Shown in pieces: positions 21,144-31,450 of a stretch of DNA of 64,000 nt. Source of the stretch: Vulcanimicrobiota bacterium (lineage in GTDB: Bacteria > Vulcanimicrobiota > Vulcanimicrobiia > Vulcanimicrobiales > Vulcanimicrobiaceae); the NCBI GenBank assembly GCA_963795855.1, contig CAWCIZ010000001.1, forward strand, positions 96,001-160,000, given 5' to 3'. The notes beneath the pieces were generated by a model. That model saw only the letters and a program-made list of their open reading frames with translations. It was not told the DNA's origin and ran no database searches. The first letter of the stretch is position 1, and every line of letters starts with the position of its first letter. Both the position numbers and the translations under genes were made by a program.

Positions 21144-22026
21144 TTATAGCGTCATCGTTGCGATCGTCAGCGGCGCAACGTAACCGCCGACTTCGATGCC
21201 GCCCACTCCCCGTTCGCTCGTCAGGCGTACGTGCAGCTCGCTGCGGCGTCCCATTTTCACACCCTGTTCGCTGATGAAGCGCGCGCCGTCGGACGTCGAC
21301 GGTGCCAAGCCGTATTCGATCATGAACGCCGCGAGCGGCCCGGTCGCGCTGCCCGTCGCCGGATCTTCGGGCACGCCGAGCGCCGGCGCGAACATACGCG
21401 AGTACGCGCCCGTCGCCACGGGTGCAAACACGAACGTGCAAATCGCATTCGGCTCGTCCGCAAAGAGCGCTGCAAGTGCCGCCGTGTCGGCTTGCGCGCG
21501 ATCCACTGTTGCAGCGTCGCGTACCGCGATGTAAACGTTGGGATTGCCCGCGCTCCAAATTTCGCACGGTACGCCGTCGATTAAGTCCGCGGGCTGCAGG
21601 CCGGCTGCGCGGGCGCAAGCCGCACCATCCAAACGCCGCCCTTTCGAAATCGGCGGCGTGCGCAGCCAGAGGAGCGGGTCGCTCGGGCTTTCGACACGTA
21701 CCGGCACCGCGCCGATTTTTTCTTCCAAAACGAAGTGCTGGGCGTCACGCGAGACCAATCCGAGCGTTCGTGCAACGTATGAGGCACCTACGGTCGGATG
21801 TCCGGCAAACGGCATTTCCTGCGCAGGGGTGAAGATGCGAACGCGCAGGTCGAACTGCGCGTTCGTAGGCGGGAAAAGAAAGACCGTCTCCGAGAGGTTG
21901 AGTTCTTTTGCTGAGCTGCTGCATCAGCCGTTCGTCGATGCCTTGCGCATCGATGAACACTGCGAGTGGGTTTCCCTCGAGCGGCACCTTGGTAAAGACG
22001 TCGACGACGTGATAGTGTAGTTCCAC
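21144..22026 (-). CDS. PhzF-family epimerase/isomerase (frameshift near 21910)
   Basis: VDVFT..LEGNPLAV, RIFTP..EMPFAGHPTVG, EDPATGSA, EQGVKMGRRS. Confidence 0.9.
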
Positions 22027-22094
22027 ACGCTACGTTTCCGGGGAATTCCGCGTACGCCTTCGAAACTGCGTTCCTTGATCGATTGGAGATGCAC

Positions 22095-22448
22095 ATGGTA
22101 AAAGACTTGGCATTCGTCGCCTACTCCGTTCGCGACGTTCCCGCGGCGATTACGTTTTACCGCGACGTCGTCGGCTTGCAGCCGGGCGATATGTTCGGCG
22201 ATCATTGGGCCGAGTTCAACGTCGGCTCGGCAACGCTGGGAATCGGCAACGGCGAGCCGCTGGGATACGAACCGGGCAAATCGACCGGCGCCTCGTTCGA
22301 AGTCGACGACATCGCCGCGATGCGCGATCGCCTCGTGCAGCACGGCATCGAGGTCTCCGAGATTCAAAGTTTCCCGGGCTGCTCGGCTTGTTTCGCGGCA
22401 GATCCCGAGGGCAATAAGTTCGCTTTGCACCAGCGCAACGCCGGTTAG
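22095..22448 (+). CDS. VOC/glyoxalase-family protein
   Basis: VRDVPAAITFYRDVVGL, FEVDDI, DPEGNKFALHQ; GGAG RBS. Confidence 0.9.
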   Translation: MVKDLAFVAYSVRDVPAAITFYRDVVGLQPGDMFGDHWAEFNVGSATLGIGNGEPLGYEPGKSTGASFEVDDIAAMRDRLVQHGIEVSEIQSFPGCSACFAADPEGNKFALHQRNAG

Positions 22449-22495
22449 TCTGGTTTCAAAAGGGCCGGACCGCACCTTCGCACAAGTAACGTGCG

Positions 22496-23563
22496 ATGGG
22501 TGTAGTGTACATGGTGCCGAGTCCGCTTATCGACGCGGCGATTGCGGTATTGGCGGACGGAAAACCTCGCACGGCGGACGAAATTCTCGCGATTGCGGTG
22601 GCACGCCGCTTATTGCCGGCCGCGATGACGCGAAAGCGCCTCTACACGGCGCTCTCGCAATACGTCGAGCGCGCAGTAGGCCGCGGCCGTAAGCCGCAAA
22701 TCGTCGAGGATGCGCAGCACCGCTTCAGTTTGAATCGCGCTCGCGACGATTGGCCCGATCTCGACCTCACGGGACTGGCGCCGCTTAGCGAAGCGCGCAC
22801 GCTTTCCGCCGGCGCACAAAAAGCGATCGACGCGCTGCGCCATGCGGCGTCGCAAACCGATCCGGCCGCGTTCGAAGTTGCCGTTTGCGATATGTTCGAC
22901 TGCCTCGGTTTCGCCGCGACGCACGTCGGCGGAAACGGACAGCCGGACGGGTATGCCGACGCACTGCTCGGTCCGCTCGCATATCGCATCATGATCGAGT
23001 GCAAACTCTCCGCCGACATCGGCGATTCGCACAGCGCAGCCGCAGCCGAAACGGCAAAGTTCAAAGACGCCTACCACGGAGACTATTGCGTACTGGTGGC
23101 CCCGTCGTTTGAAGGCGAGGTGACGTTCGCGAGCGAGCTGCAAGTGCACAACGTCAGCGCGTGGACCGTCGAGGATCTGACGAGCGCGGTTAAAGCGGAC
23201 TGCGGCGCGTTGGAAATGCGGGCGCTCCTCACCGCCGGCTTCGCGGAAGATGTGCTGGGCGATTTTCTGTGGCAGCGCGAGCACGGCCGCGCGAAACGCC
23301 TTCGAGTGGTGGCGTCCGTCATCGTCCGGGAAGCATTGCGGCAACAGCGCCTCGATCGAACTTTGGGAGACGCGGCACAGGCTCCGCATTTCACACTCGA
23401 CGTCGCGATGAGCGTCATCGACACGTTCCTTGGAATGAACGGCGCGAGCGCCGCATGCTCACGCGCCGAAGTCGAAGATGCGTTTGCGTGGCTGACCAGC
23501 GCCTATGTCGGCCGCGCGGTGTGGGTCGACGATGACAGAACGGCGATCGTCGTCAAACCATAG
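22496..23563 (+). CDS. Mrr-like PD-(D/E)xK endonuclease with N-terminal winged HTH
   Basis: N-term LIDAAIAVL..KPRTADEI; FEVAVCDMF..LGF..GGNGQPDG..IECK. Confidence 0.72.
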   Translation: MGVVYMVPSPLIDAAIAVLADGKPRTADEILAIAVARRLLPAAMTRKRLYTALSQYVERAVGRGRKPQIVEDAQHRFSLNRARDDWPDLDLTGLAPLSEARTLSAGAQKAIDALRHAASQTDPAAFEVAVCDMFDCLGFAATHVGGNGQPDGYADALLGPLAYRIMIECKLSADIGDSHSAAAAETAKFKDAYHGDYCVLVAPSFEGEVTFASELQVHNVSAWTVEDLTSAVKADCGALEMRALLTAGFAEDVLGDFLWQREHGRAKRLRVVASVIVREALRQQRLDRTLGDAAQAPHFTLDVAMSVIDTFLGMNGASAACSRAEVEDAFAWLTSAYVGRAVWVDDDRTAIVVKP

Positions 23564-23715
23564 GCGGCGGCCAGCGTCGCCTCGTCGTACGTTGCGTTGC
23601 CGCGCACGACGGAGATCGGGGCGGGCGATGCAATGTCGATCGCCGCGGCCAGTCGAAGCGGGTTGTCAACTAGTATTCTAAGTGACGCGTTGCACGCGTC
23701 CAGAACGAGGCGCGA

Positions 23716-24816
23716 TCAGTCGCTCACGCGTCCGATTTTTTCCGTTCCGATGTCGGTGAACCACAATGTCCGCACGGTGGCCGAAGAGGCGATACCGGCT
23801 GGGTGGCCGCCCGCGAACGGTAGCGTATATTCGGACATTACACCCGTAGTGGTGATTCGACCGATCTTATTCGCGTGCGCTTCGGTAAACCACAATGCGC
23901 CGTCCAGACCGCGGACGATTCCGACCGGCTGCGAATTTGCCGTTGGTATCGCATACTCGTGTAGATGCCCCGGAACGAAGCGACCGATAGCGTTTCGTCC
24001 ATTATCGGTGAACCACAGCGCTGCGTCGGGCCCTTCAGTCATGCCATGAATATTCGACGGCGCGGTAAGAACCGCCACGCTGGTGAACCCCGAGAGTGTC
24101 GTTGCGTTGATCTTGTAGATTCGCACGCCGGTCTGCGCGCCGTGACTATAATTTTCCGCGCCTGCTACGTAGAGGTACCCACCGAGGTAGGTGATGGCCT
24201 CACCGGCTTCATAGTTTTGGGTGCGGACTGCGTCGCCGCCCGTGTTGGAAATCACGTACAGGCATTCAGTACATCCGGGTGGTCCGAGTGCGTCGTACGA
24301 GCCTGTGGCGTATACGGCCGACGGACCTGCGGCGATCGCCTGCATCGTCCCGGTATCGGGAGACGAAACCTGATTGCCGCCTGTGAGCGATACGTGATGC
24401 GTGTAGCTGATCTGGTAGATATCGTTCTCGTCGTTAAAGCCGTTCTGTTCGACGTATTGGACGCCGCCGTAGACTCCCGAAGAGAGCGCTGCCAGAATGT
24501 GTTCCGCGCCCTGCGACATGTAGTTGAACTGCGGCAGGTTCACGTAAACCGACGAGAACGAACCGTTGAAAAATCGTCCGACGTACGAATTGTTTTGCGT
24601 AAACCACACCGCGTCGTCGTGACCGAACGCGATTCCAGCGGTGACGCCGTTCGCCGGCGGCTTGTATTCGTTGAATACCGGCGAGGTTAGCGGCGAGAGC
24701 ATGCTTTCTGCCGCCGGCCTTTGTTCCGGCAAAACGGATGGCGCTCGGGAACCGCCGCAGCCTGAAGACACCATCGCGAACAGAAGAAGGGACGCAGAAG
24801 CAATGCGTGTTCTCAT
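23716..24816 (-). CDS. Vgb (virginiamycin B lyase)-like beta-propeller lipoprotein
   Basis: SSGC lipobox; repeated GPD/GLDGALWFT..NxIGR blades. Confidence 0.8.
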   Translation of the reverse strand: MRTRIASASLLLFAMVSSGCGGSRAPSVLPEQRPAAESMLSPLTSPVFNEYKPPANGVTAGIAFGHDDAVWFTQNNSYVGRFFNGSFSSVYVNLPQFNYMSQGAEHILAALSSGVYGGVQYVEQNGFNDENDIYQISYTHHVSLTGGNQVSSPDTGTMQAIAAGPSAVYATGSYDALGPPGCTECLYVISNTGGDAVRTQNYEAGEAITYLGGYLYVAGAENYSHGAQTGVRIYKINATTLSGFTSVAVLTAPSNIHGMTEGPDAALWFTDNGRNAIGRFVPGHLHEYAIPTANSQPVGIVRGLDGALWFTEAHANKIGRITTTGVMSEYTLPFAGGHPAGIASSATVRTLWFTDIGTEKIGRVSD

Positions 24817-24954
24817 CACCCGCACCTCACAAAAGAAAAATGTATGCCCAGCTCCATTGCTACGCCGTGCCGAAAAAAATGTAAATGGGCTAAGCGACCC
24901 CAAACGTAAATCATCGGCGCGGGCCGCTCTTACAAGCTGCTTTGCAACCGTACG

Positions 24955-25542
24955 TTAGGCCGAAGAAACGGCGAGCGAGAAATCGATGCGGAACAGCCGC
25001 TCGACGTACTCGTACATCCGCGGATCGATGCGCTGGAGCCGCGATCGCGTCGCGCGCGGCCAGAATGATGCTGGATCGTTCGCCTCGACGTACGCGCGAA
25101 CGCTTTCGGCGAAGTACTCATCGCTGCCCGTTGCCGCATACGGCGTGACGAACGCGTTCGCTTCTGCGAAGAGGCGGCGAAGCTGCGGATCGACGCTGGA
25201 ACGGTACACGCCTCCGCCCAGCGCGCAATCGAGTGCGTGTCCGAATTCGTGTGCCACCGTCATCGGACTGCGGGAGCGCAAATACACCGTACGCTCTTCT
25301 ACGACGAAGAGTCCGGCGGGCGGCGCGGGCCACGCGTCAACGTCCACTCCGAGCCGTTTGAGTGCGGGCGATACATCGTCGTACCGCTGCTCGCGCGCGA
25401 GCGGAACGATGCGCGTTCCGCACCGCAGCGCAAATGCAAGCGCGCAGTCTCCGAAGCGCCGCAGGGTCCGAATGATTTCCGGATGCTCTGCCGGCGTGCC
25501 GCCGGTGAGGGCGCAGGCGGCGTCTTGCGTGGACTCGTGCAT
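24955..25542 (-). CDS. Lethal-factor/Pro-Pro endopeptidase-like zinc metallopeptidase
   Basis: TVAHEFGHALD, YAATGSDEYFAESV, LQRIDPRMYEYV. Confidence 0.75.
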   Translation of the reverse strand: MHESTQDAACALTGGTPAEHPEIIRTLRRFGDCALAFALRCGTRIVPLAREQRYDDVSPALKRLGVDVDAWPAPPAGLFVVEERTVYLRSRSPMTVAHEFGHALDCALGGGVYRSSVDPQLRRLFAEANAFVTPYAATGSDEYFAESVRAYVEANDPASFWPRATRSRLQRIDPRMYEYVERLFRIDFSLAVSSA

Positions 25543-25633
25543 CGCACGAGGCTCTCACTGTAGTGTTGCGGCGGAATTGCGCCCGGATTGCCCGGTCGTG
25601 TGCTAGAGTGTTAGATCTAAAAGGAGCCGCGTT

Positions 25634-26200
25634 ATGGAATGGCTGCACGATTTAGACGCCGCGCTCGAACGCGCGAAACGGGATTCGAAGTTTGTTTTGC
25701 TCGACGTGTTCAACCCCGGTTGAGGGGGATGCCAAGCGCTGGATACCGTGACGTATCCGCAAGCACCGGTAAGGGACGCAATCGCGCGGTACGCCATTCC
25801 GGTTCAATTCAATAACGCCGAGGAACGGAACGCGAGCGTGCTCGCTCGCATCCATCACATTTGGACGCCCGACGTCCGCGTAATGGCGGGCGACGGTTCG
25901 GAACTCTACCGCTTCGATGGGTTTTTGCCGCCGCCGGAATTTATTGCACGCGTAACGTGCGCATTTGCGTACGCGCTGCTCCGGCTGCGCAAATACGACG
26001 AGGCGGAAGCGGCGTACGTCGACGTGCTCAGCCGCTTTTCAACCTCGTACGCTGCACCCGAAGCGCAGTATTACCTGGGCGTAACGCGCTACCGCCGCGA
26101 TCCGGAAAGTGACGAATTGCTCACGCAATGGGACAAACTGCGATCGCGGTATCCGGCGAGCGAATACCGCGTCAAGCAGTCGTTCAAAGAGCTTCCCTAG
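25634..26200 (+). CDS. Thioredoxin-fold selenoprotein (UGGC) with C-terminal TPR
   Basis: AAGGAG RBS, MEWLHDLDAALERAK..LLDVFNPG-TGA(25721)-GGCQALD in frame with ORF 25748; WTP cis-Pro loop; APEAQYYLG TPR. Confidence 0.88.
25741..25758 (+). promoter_or_regulatory. Bacterial SECIS-like hairpin
   Basis: GGATAC-CGTGAC-GTATCC begins 18 nt after the UGA; G is second in the loop. Confidence 0.7.
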
Positions 26201-27729
26201 GTGCAGCCGTTGGTCGTCAGCAGTACGTAGCCGTCCGTTCCCGTTAAGTGGAGCGGGTTTGTGACCGCGCGCCCCTCGAGGTCGTGATACGCGTGGTTCG
26301 CCGGCAGCGAAACGCTGTACGAACTGCTGTTTGCGTTCACCACGACCATGCCGCCGTTGAATCTGCGCTGGTACACGTTCGGCGCGATTTGCGCGTACGC
26401 GCCGCACGGCGCGCCGTACGTAGCCGTGAAGTCCGGCCGGTACGAGTACCATTCTCCCGTCTGCGGGGAAACGTAGACATCTTCGCCGCCCTCGTTGATC
26501 AACGCGTACGTCGCGAGCGACCAGTCGATTTGCGGCGCTGGAATCGCATTGGGATCGGTGGGGCACGGTGCGTTTCCGTTGAACGGCTGCGTGCCGCCGC
26601 GGCTCGAGCACAAGTAGTCCGTTATCAAGAACGCGACGTGGTGCTGCTGGGCATACTCACCCCACTCGATTGCGAAATTGACGATGCCGCTGCCGGCCGT
26701 TTGATATTTGCCGTAGTCGGTGAAGCCTTGTTCGAAGAGCATACCGTCGGCGTTCGCGAGCATTTGCTGCTCGTTCGGATCCGTCGGCGCATTGTAGAGC
26801 GGGTGATTGATGATCAGTTTGAGGCCGTTGTTGTGCAACTGCTGGCTGACCGCGTGCGTCCAGTTGATCATTGCGGTGATGAACGCCGGATCGTTGCCCG
26901 GCCCGAACAGGCGATGAAAGTTGCCGCTCGTGTCGTATGTGCCGCATCCGTAGTCGCCGCTGACGATCGGTTGCCCGAATTCCGGGTTCCCGCCCTTCAG
27001 GTAGTTGAGCAAGTCGGTGTTGTCGACCGCGAGCGCGTTATATCCGTTCGCTTTCAGATACGGAATCATCAACCCCATCTGATAGTTGATGACGCTGGGG
27101 TTCGTAAAGTCGAGCGGCACTTCAGGGAAGCCCGACGTCGACCACGCCAGCATCTTCGTCGGATTTCCGCCGGAATCGCAGGCGTAGAGAATCCAATCCG
27201 GATGATTGCTCTGCCACCAAGAGAGATTGTGTCCCGAAACGGTATTGTCGTCGTCCACCGGCAGCATGTAGCGTGAAACGATCATGCCGGAATGCGCCGC
27301 GTCCCACGTTCCGGGATTGAACGCACCCCACACCGCGTCTTCGTGCGGCGCTTCGCTGTCGATTTGCGCATTGCTGAGCGGAGCGTGATTCGGGTTGCCG
27401 TCCCAGTCGAAGACTTGGAACAAGCCGAAGCGTCCCGTCGTGTCGGGCAACATCGTGATGCCGCGCCCGGCGGGCGTTGCCGTCGGAATCGGCGTCGGCG
27501 TTTGCATCGGCGTGGCGGTCTGCACGGGGGTCGCCGTAGCTTTGGGCGTGCTCGTTCCAACCGGTGTCGCGGTTGCTCCGGGCGATGAGGTTGGCGGTGG
27601 GCTTCCGCCGCCGCCCGGTGACGGTATCGACGGCGTGCCGCCGCCTCCGCCTCCGCATGCCGTGAGCGAAATGATGAACACGGCGCACGCCGCGGCCGCG
27701 ATATGGCGGGACAGTGTAAGCTTCAGCAC
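26197..27729 (-). CDS. Lipoprotein putative glycoside hydrolase (TIM-barrel, GHL15-like) with P/T linker
   Basis: LTAC lipobox, TPT/ATP linker, NHPDWILY, PLDFTNP, ALAVDN, YQRRFNGGMVVVN. Confidence 0.65.
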   Translation of the reverse strand: MLKLTLSRHIAAAACAVFIISLTACGGGGGGTPSIPSPGGGGSPPPTSSPGATATPVGTSTPKATATPVQTATPMQTPTPIPTATPAGRGITMLPDTTGRFGLFQVFDWDGNPNHAPLSNAQIDSEAPHEDAVWGAFNPGTWDAAHSGMIVSRYMLPVDDDNTVSGHNLSWWQSNHPDWILYACDSGGNPTKMLAWSTSGFPEVPLDFTNPSVINYQMGLMIPYLKANGYNALAVDNTDLLNYLKGGNPEFGQPIVSGDYGCGTYDTSGNFHRLFGPGNDPAFITAMINWTHAVSQQLHNNGLKLIINHPLYNAPTDPNEQQMLANADGMLFEQGFTDYGKYQTAGSGIVNFAIEWGEYAQQHHVAFLITDYLCSSRGGTQPFNGNAPCPTDPNAIPAPQIDWSLATYALINEGGEDVYVSPQTGEWYSYRPDFTATYGAPCGAYAQIAPNVYQRRFNGGMVVVNANSSSYSVSLPANHAYHDLEGRAVTNPLHLTGTDGYVLLTTNGCT

Positions 27730-27869
27730 GGAGTACCCCTTTTGTTGCGCTTTGAAGTATAAGCGCGCAAGACCCAATTCAGAACGGACGTTCGGACCCG
27801 GAGTCCCGGGCTTTTGCGCTAAGTCATTGTGTCCGCAGCCCTCTACGGGGGTATAGATTTTTGGGGAGG

Positions 27870-29183
27870 GTGCCCACGATCGAGGAACGGTTTGCTTCCG
27901 CGGATCCGCATGCACGCATCGCTGCGGCGGTTTTGCGTTCGGTTTTCGGCGATGCCTACGCACGGCGCTTCGCGATACGGCTCTGGGAAGGGACGCTGAT
28001 TCCCGCGCAGCAGCAGCCCGATTTCACGCTGCTCGTCAATCACCCGGGAGCGCTCCGCACGGCGTTTCGCCCGCCCGTCGATTTGAATGCCGGGCGAGCT
28101 TTTGCCGCTGGGCTGCTCGACGTCGAAGGCGACGTCGAGGCGGCGATTGACGCGATGATGGCTGTGATGCAGCGGCCGGCCATGGGAACGGTGGCGCGTC
28201 TGGGGATGCTGCTCCGGCGCCTGCCCACGGCTCCGCTGCCGGACCTGCGCGAAGCGCACTTGCGCGGCAAACGTCATTCCCTGGCACGGGATCGCGCCGC
28301 GATCGGCTTTCATTACGATCAGCCCGTTCCGTTCTATCGAACGTTTCTGGGCGGGACGCTCGTGTATTCGTGCGCCTATTTCGACGAGGGCGTCGAGACG
28401 ATTGAAGAAGCGCAAACGGCGAAGATCGATCACTCGCTGCGAAAATTGCGATTGCGCCCCGGTGAACGTCTGCTCGACATCGGCTGCGGATGGGGCGCGC
28501 TGGTGGTGCGCGCGGCGCAGGAGTTCGGCGCATATGTTTTAGGCGTGACCCTCAGCGAAAAGCAGTGCGGCGAAGCCGGCGGGCGCATTTCGGCGGCCGG
28601 CGTGAGCGATCGTGCAAGGGTCGAGTGTTGGGATTACCGGCAGCTTCCCGCCACCACGTTCGACAAGATCGTCAGCATCGGCATGTTCGAACACGTCGGA
28701 CGCGAGAAATTGCCCGAGTACTTTTCGACGGCGCATAAGCTGCTCAAAGACGGCGGACTCTTTTTGAATCACGGCATCGCCAATCAGCATCGAACGCAGC
28801 GCGACGGCCGCTCGTCCGGGTTCATGGATCGCTTCATCTTTCCGGACGGCGAACTCGTGAATGTGAGCGACGCGCTGCAATTCGCGGAACGCGCCGGATT
28901 CGAAGTTCGCGACGTCGAGAATCTGCGCGAGCACTACGCGCGTACGCTGCGCTTGTGGGTGCAAAGCCTCGATCGCAATCGCGATGCGGCAATCGCAGTT
29001 GCCGGAGAACAGACGTACCGCGCCTGGCGCCTCTACATGGCCGGAAGCGCGCAAGGATTCCGCACCGGACGCATGGGGCTGTTTCAGTCGCTGCTGGCCA
29101 AACCGCTGCCGAGCGGCGCCGTGCCGGAGGTTCCGCCGACGCGCCGCGACTTGTACGCAGAAGGCGGCGTCCGCGTGGGCTAA
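27870..29183 (+). CDS. cfa: Cyclopropane fatty-acyl-phospholipid synthase
   Basis: IGFHYD, YSCAYF, LLDIGCGWG, SIGMFEHVG, HYARTL. Confidence 0.9.
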   Translation: MPTIEERFASADPHARIAAAVLRSVFGDAYARRFAIRLWEGTLIPAQQQPDFTLLVNHPGALRTAFRPPVDLNAGRAFAAGLLDVEGDVEAAIDAMMAVMQRPAMGTVARLGMLLRRLPTAPLPDLREAHLRGKRHSLARDRAAIGFHYDQPVPFYRTFLGGTLVYSCAYFDEGVETIEEAQTAKIDHSLRKLRLRPGERLLDIGCGWGALVVRAAQEFGAYVLGVTLSEKQCGEAGGRISAAGVSDRARVECWDYRQLPATTFDKIVSIGMFEHVGREKLPEYFSTAHKLLKDGGLFLNHGIANQHRTQRDGRSSGFMDRFIFPDGELVNVSDALQFAERAGFEVRDVENLREHYARTLRLWVQSLDRNRDAAIAVAGEQTYRAWRLYMAGSAQGFRTGRMGLFQSLLAKPLPSGAVPEVPPTRRDLYAEGGVRVG

Positions 29184-29229
29184 ACCGGCCCTTGCGCTTT
29201 GTTCAAGCCGTGCTATATTAATTTTATAA

Positions 29230-29637
29230 ATGCGCGGATCGACAAGTGCGATGCCTTCGCGGGCTGCCGACGAGGTGCTCCGAGGGCCGGTCAAGTCGAA
29301 AACGGTTCTGCCGGTACTCGTCCTGCACTTGCTCGACAAGCAGGCCGGCCATGGCTTGGCCGTCATGCAGCGTATCGAAACCGCCTGCGGCGGGCTCCTC
29401 GCAGTCAACACGAACACCGTCTATCCGCTGCTGCGACGGCTGGAAGAGCGCGGCTTCGTCGTCGGCGAGTGGGATCACCCGACCAAACGGGCGCGGCGAC
29501 TCTACCGCATCACGCCCGCCGGCCGCGAACGCCTGGCGCGCATCAAAACGAACATGCTTCCGTACCTGGAAATGCTTTCCGATTCGCTCGAGCGGCTGCG
29601 CCGCGAACTGTACGAGAAAGAGCACATTCATGAGTAA
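29230..29637 (+). CDS. PadR-family transcriptional regulator
   Basis: TVYPLLRRLEERGFV..RRLYRITPAG. Confidence 0.9.
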   Translation: MRGSTSAMPSRAADEVLRGPVKSKTVLPVLVLHLLDKQAGHGLAVMQRIETACGGLLAVNTNTVYPLLRRLEERGFVVGEWDHPTKRARRLYRITPAGRERLARIKTNMLPYLEMLSDSLERLRRELYEKEHIHE

Positions 29638-31450
29638 TTACCAAGCGCCGCTGCGCGACATGCTGTTCGTCCTGCGCGAACTCGCCGGACTGGAAGACAT
29701 TGCGAAACTTCCCGGATGCGAGGAAGTGCTCGACGTCGCCGAGCCGATTCTCGAAGAAGCGGCCGCGTTCGCGAGCGGCGTGCTCGATCCGATCAATCAA
29801 TCCGGCGACAAGGAAGGCTGCACGTGGAAAGACGGCAACGTCACCACGCCCAAAGGCTATAAAGAAGCGTACGCGCAGTTCGCGAAGGCCGGCTGGATCG
29901 GTTTGCCCGTTCCGGACGAATACGGCGGACAGGGGCTTCCCTCGCTGATGCTCGGACCGACGCTGGAAATGTGGAACGCGGCGAACGTCGGCTTCGCGAA
30001 CGGCCCGCTGCTCAATCAAGGTGCGATCGAGGCGATCGAACTCGTCGGCTCCGACGAGCAGAAGCATCTCTACATTCCGAAATTGGTCGACGGTACGTGG
30101 ACCGGCACGATGTGTTTGACCGAACCGCAAGCCGGTTCCGATCTCGCGCAGGTCCGCACCAAGGCGGTTCCCAGCGGCGACCATTACCTGCTGTCGGGTC
30201 AGAAGATTTTCATCACGTTCGGCGAGCACGACATGGCCGAAAATATCGTGCACTTGGTGCTCGCGCGCCTTCCCGGCGCGCCTGAAGGTACCAAAGGCAT
30301 TTCGCTCTTCATCGTGCCGAAATTCGTCGTGAATTCGGACGGATCGCTCGGCAAGCGCAACGACATGGTTTGCGCGGGAATCGAACACAAGATGGGAATC
30401 AACGGCAACCCGACGTGCACCATGAATTTGGGTGAGAACGGCGGCGCCGTCGGCTATTTGGTCGGCCAGCCGAACGAAGGCCTCAAGTACATGTTCGTCA
30501 TGATGAACGCGGCGCGGTTTTCCGTCGGCGTTCAGGGCATGGCGATTGCCGATCGCGCATATCAAAGCGCGCTGCAGTACGCAAAGGAACGCGTGCAGTT
30601 CCGCGACGTCGCCTCGCGCTCGCCCGAGCCCAAGCGCATCATAGAGCACCCGGACGTGCGCCGCATGCTGATGTCGATGAAGTCGCAGATCGAAGCGATG
30701 CGCGCGCTCTCCTACGTGACGGCGGCCGCGATAGACATGGCAAATCGCCATCCGGACGAAAAAGTGCGCAAAGAGAACAAGGCGTTCGTCGATTTAATGA
30801 TTCCGGTCGTAAAAGGCTGGTGCACGGAAACCGCTATCGACGTGTGTTCCACCGCGGTGCAAGTCTTCGGCGGCATCGGCTACGTCGAAGAAACCGGAAT
30901 CGCGCAGCAATACCGCGACGTGCGCATTACCACAATCTACGAGGGTACGACCGGCATTCAGGCGCTCGACTTGGTCGGACGCAAACTCGCTCAGGACATG
31001 GGCGCGACCGCGACGCGCGTAATCGGAACGATGCAGAAAGTCGTCAAGGATCTCGAAGCATCAGACGACGAGGACGTGAAAGCGCTCGCGACCCCGCTTT
31101 CCGAAGCGATCGGCGCGCTGGCCGAAACCTCGCAATTCATCGGCATGTCGGCCATGGGCGATCTGCGCAAAGCCGTCGCATGCAGCGTTCCGTACTTGAA
31201 GCTCTGGGGCGTGACCGCCGGCGGTTGGCAGATGGCGCGCGCGGCACTGGCGGCGGCGAAAAAGGTTGGCGCCGGAGATGCAGACGCGGAGTTCTACAAA
31301 GCGAAGATCGCGACGGCGCGCTTTTACGCCTCGCACGTCCTCACGCAGAGCGCGTATCTGAAGCGGCAGATCGTCGACGGCTCGGGCGACGTCATGACGC
31401 TCACCGAAGCTCAATTCGACCTCGATCGCAAATCCGCCGTGGTTGCATGA
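29630..31450 (+). CDS. Acyl-CoA dehydrogenase
   Basis: YGGQGLP, TMCLTEPQAGSDL, KIFITFGEHD, IYEGTTGIQALD. Confidence 0.95.
   Translation: MSNYQAPLRDMLFVLRELAGLEDIAKLPGCEEVLDVAEPILEEAAAFASGVLDPINQSGDKEGCTWKDGNVTTPKGYKEAYAQFAKAGWIGLPVPDEYGGQGLPSLMLGPTLEMWNAANVGFANGPLLNQGAIEAIELVGSDEQKHLYIPKLVDGTWTGTMCLTEPQAGSDLAQVRTKAVPSGDHYLLSGQKIFITFGEHDMAENIVHLVLARLPGAPEGTKGISLFIVPKFVVNSDGSLGKRNDMVCAGIEHKMGINGNPTCTMNLGENGGAVGYLVGQPNEGLKYMFVMMNAARFSVGVQGMAIADRAYQSALQYAKERVQFRDVASRSPEPKRIIEHPDVRRMLMSMKSQIEAMRALSYVTAAAIDMANRHPDEKVRKENKAFVDLMIPVVKGWCTETAIDVCSTAVQVFGGIGYVEETGIAQQYRDVRITTIYEGTTGIQALDLVGRKLAQDMGATATRVIGTMQKVVKDLEASDDEDVKALATPLSEAIGALAETSQFIGMSAMGDLRKAVACSVPYLKLWGVTAGGWQMARAALAAAKKVGAGDADAEFYKAKIATARFYASHVLTQSAYLKRQIVDGSGDVMTLTEAQFDLDRKSAVVA

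Noticed and set aside
23716..24816. True streptogramin B resistance gene
   Set aside because: Lipoprotein with a divergent middle region; only the propeller repeats are shared with Vgb
24836..24911. AAA(T/C)GTA repeats upstream of the Vgb-like gene
   Set aside because: Short, irregularly spaced and in an A-rich promoter; not distinguishable from chance
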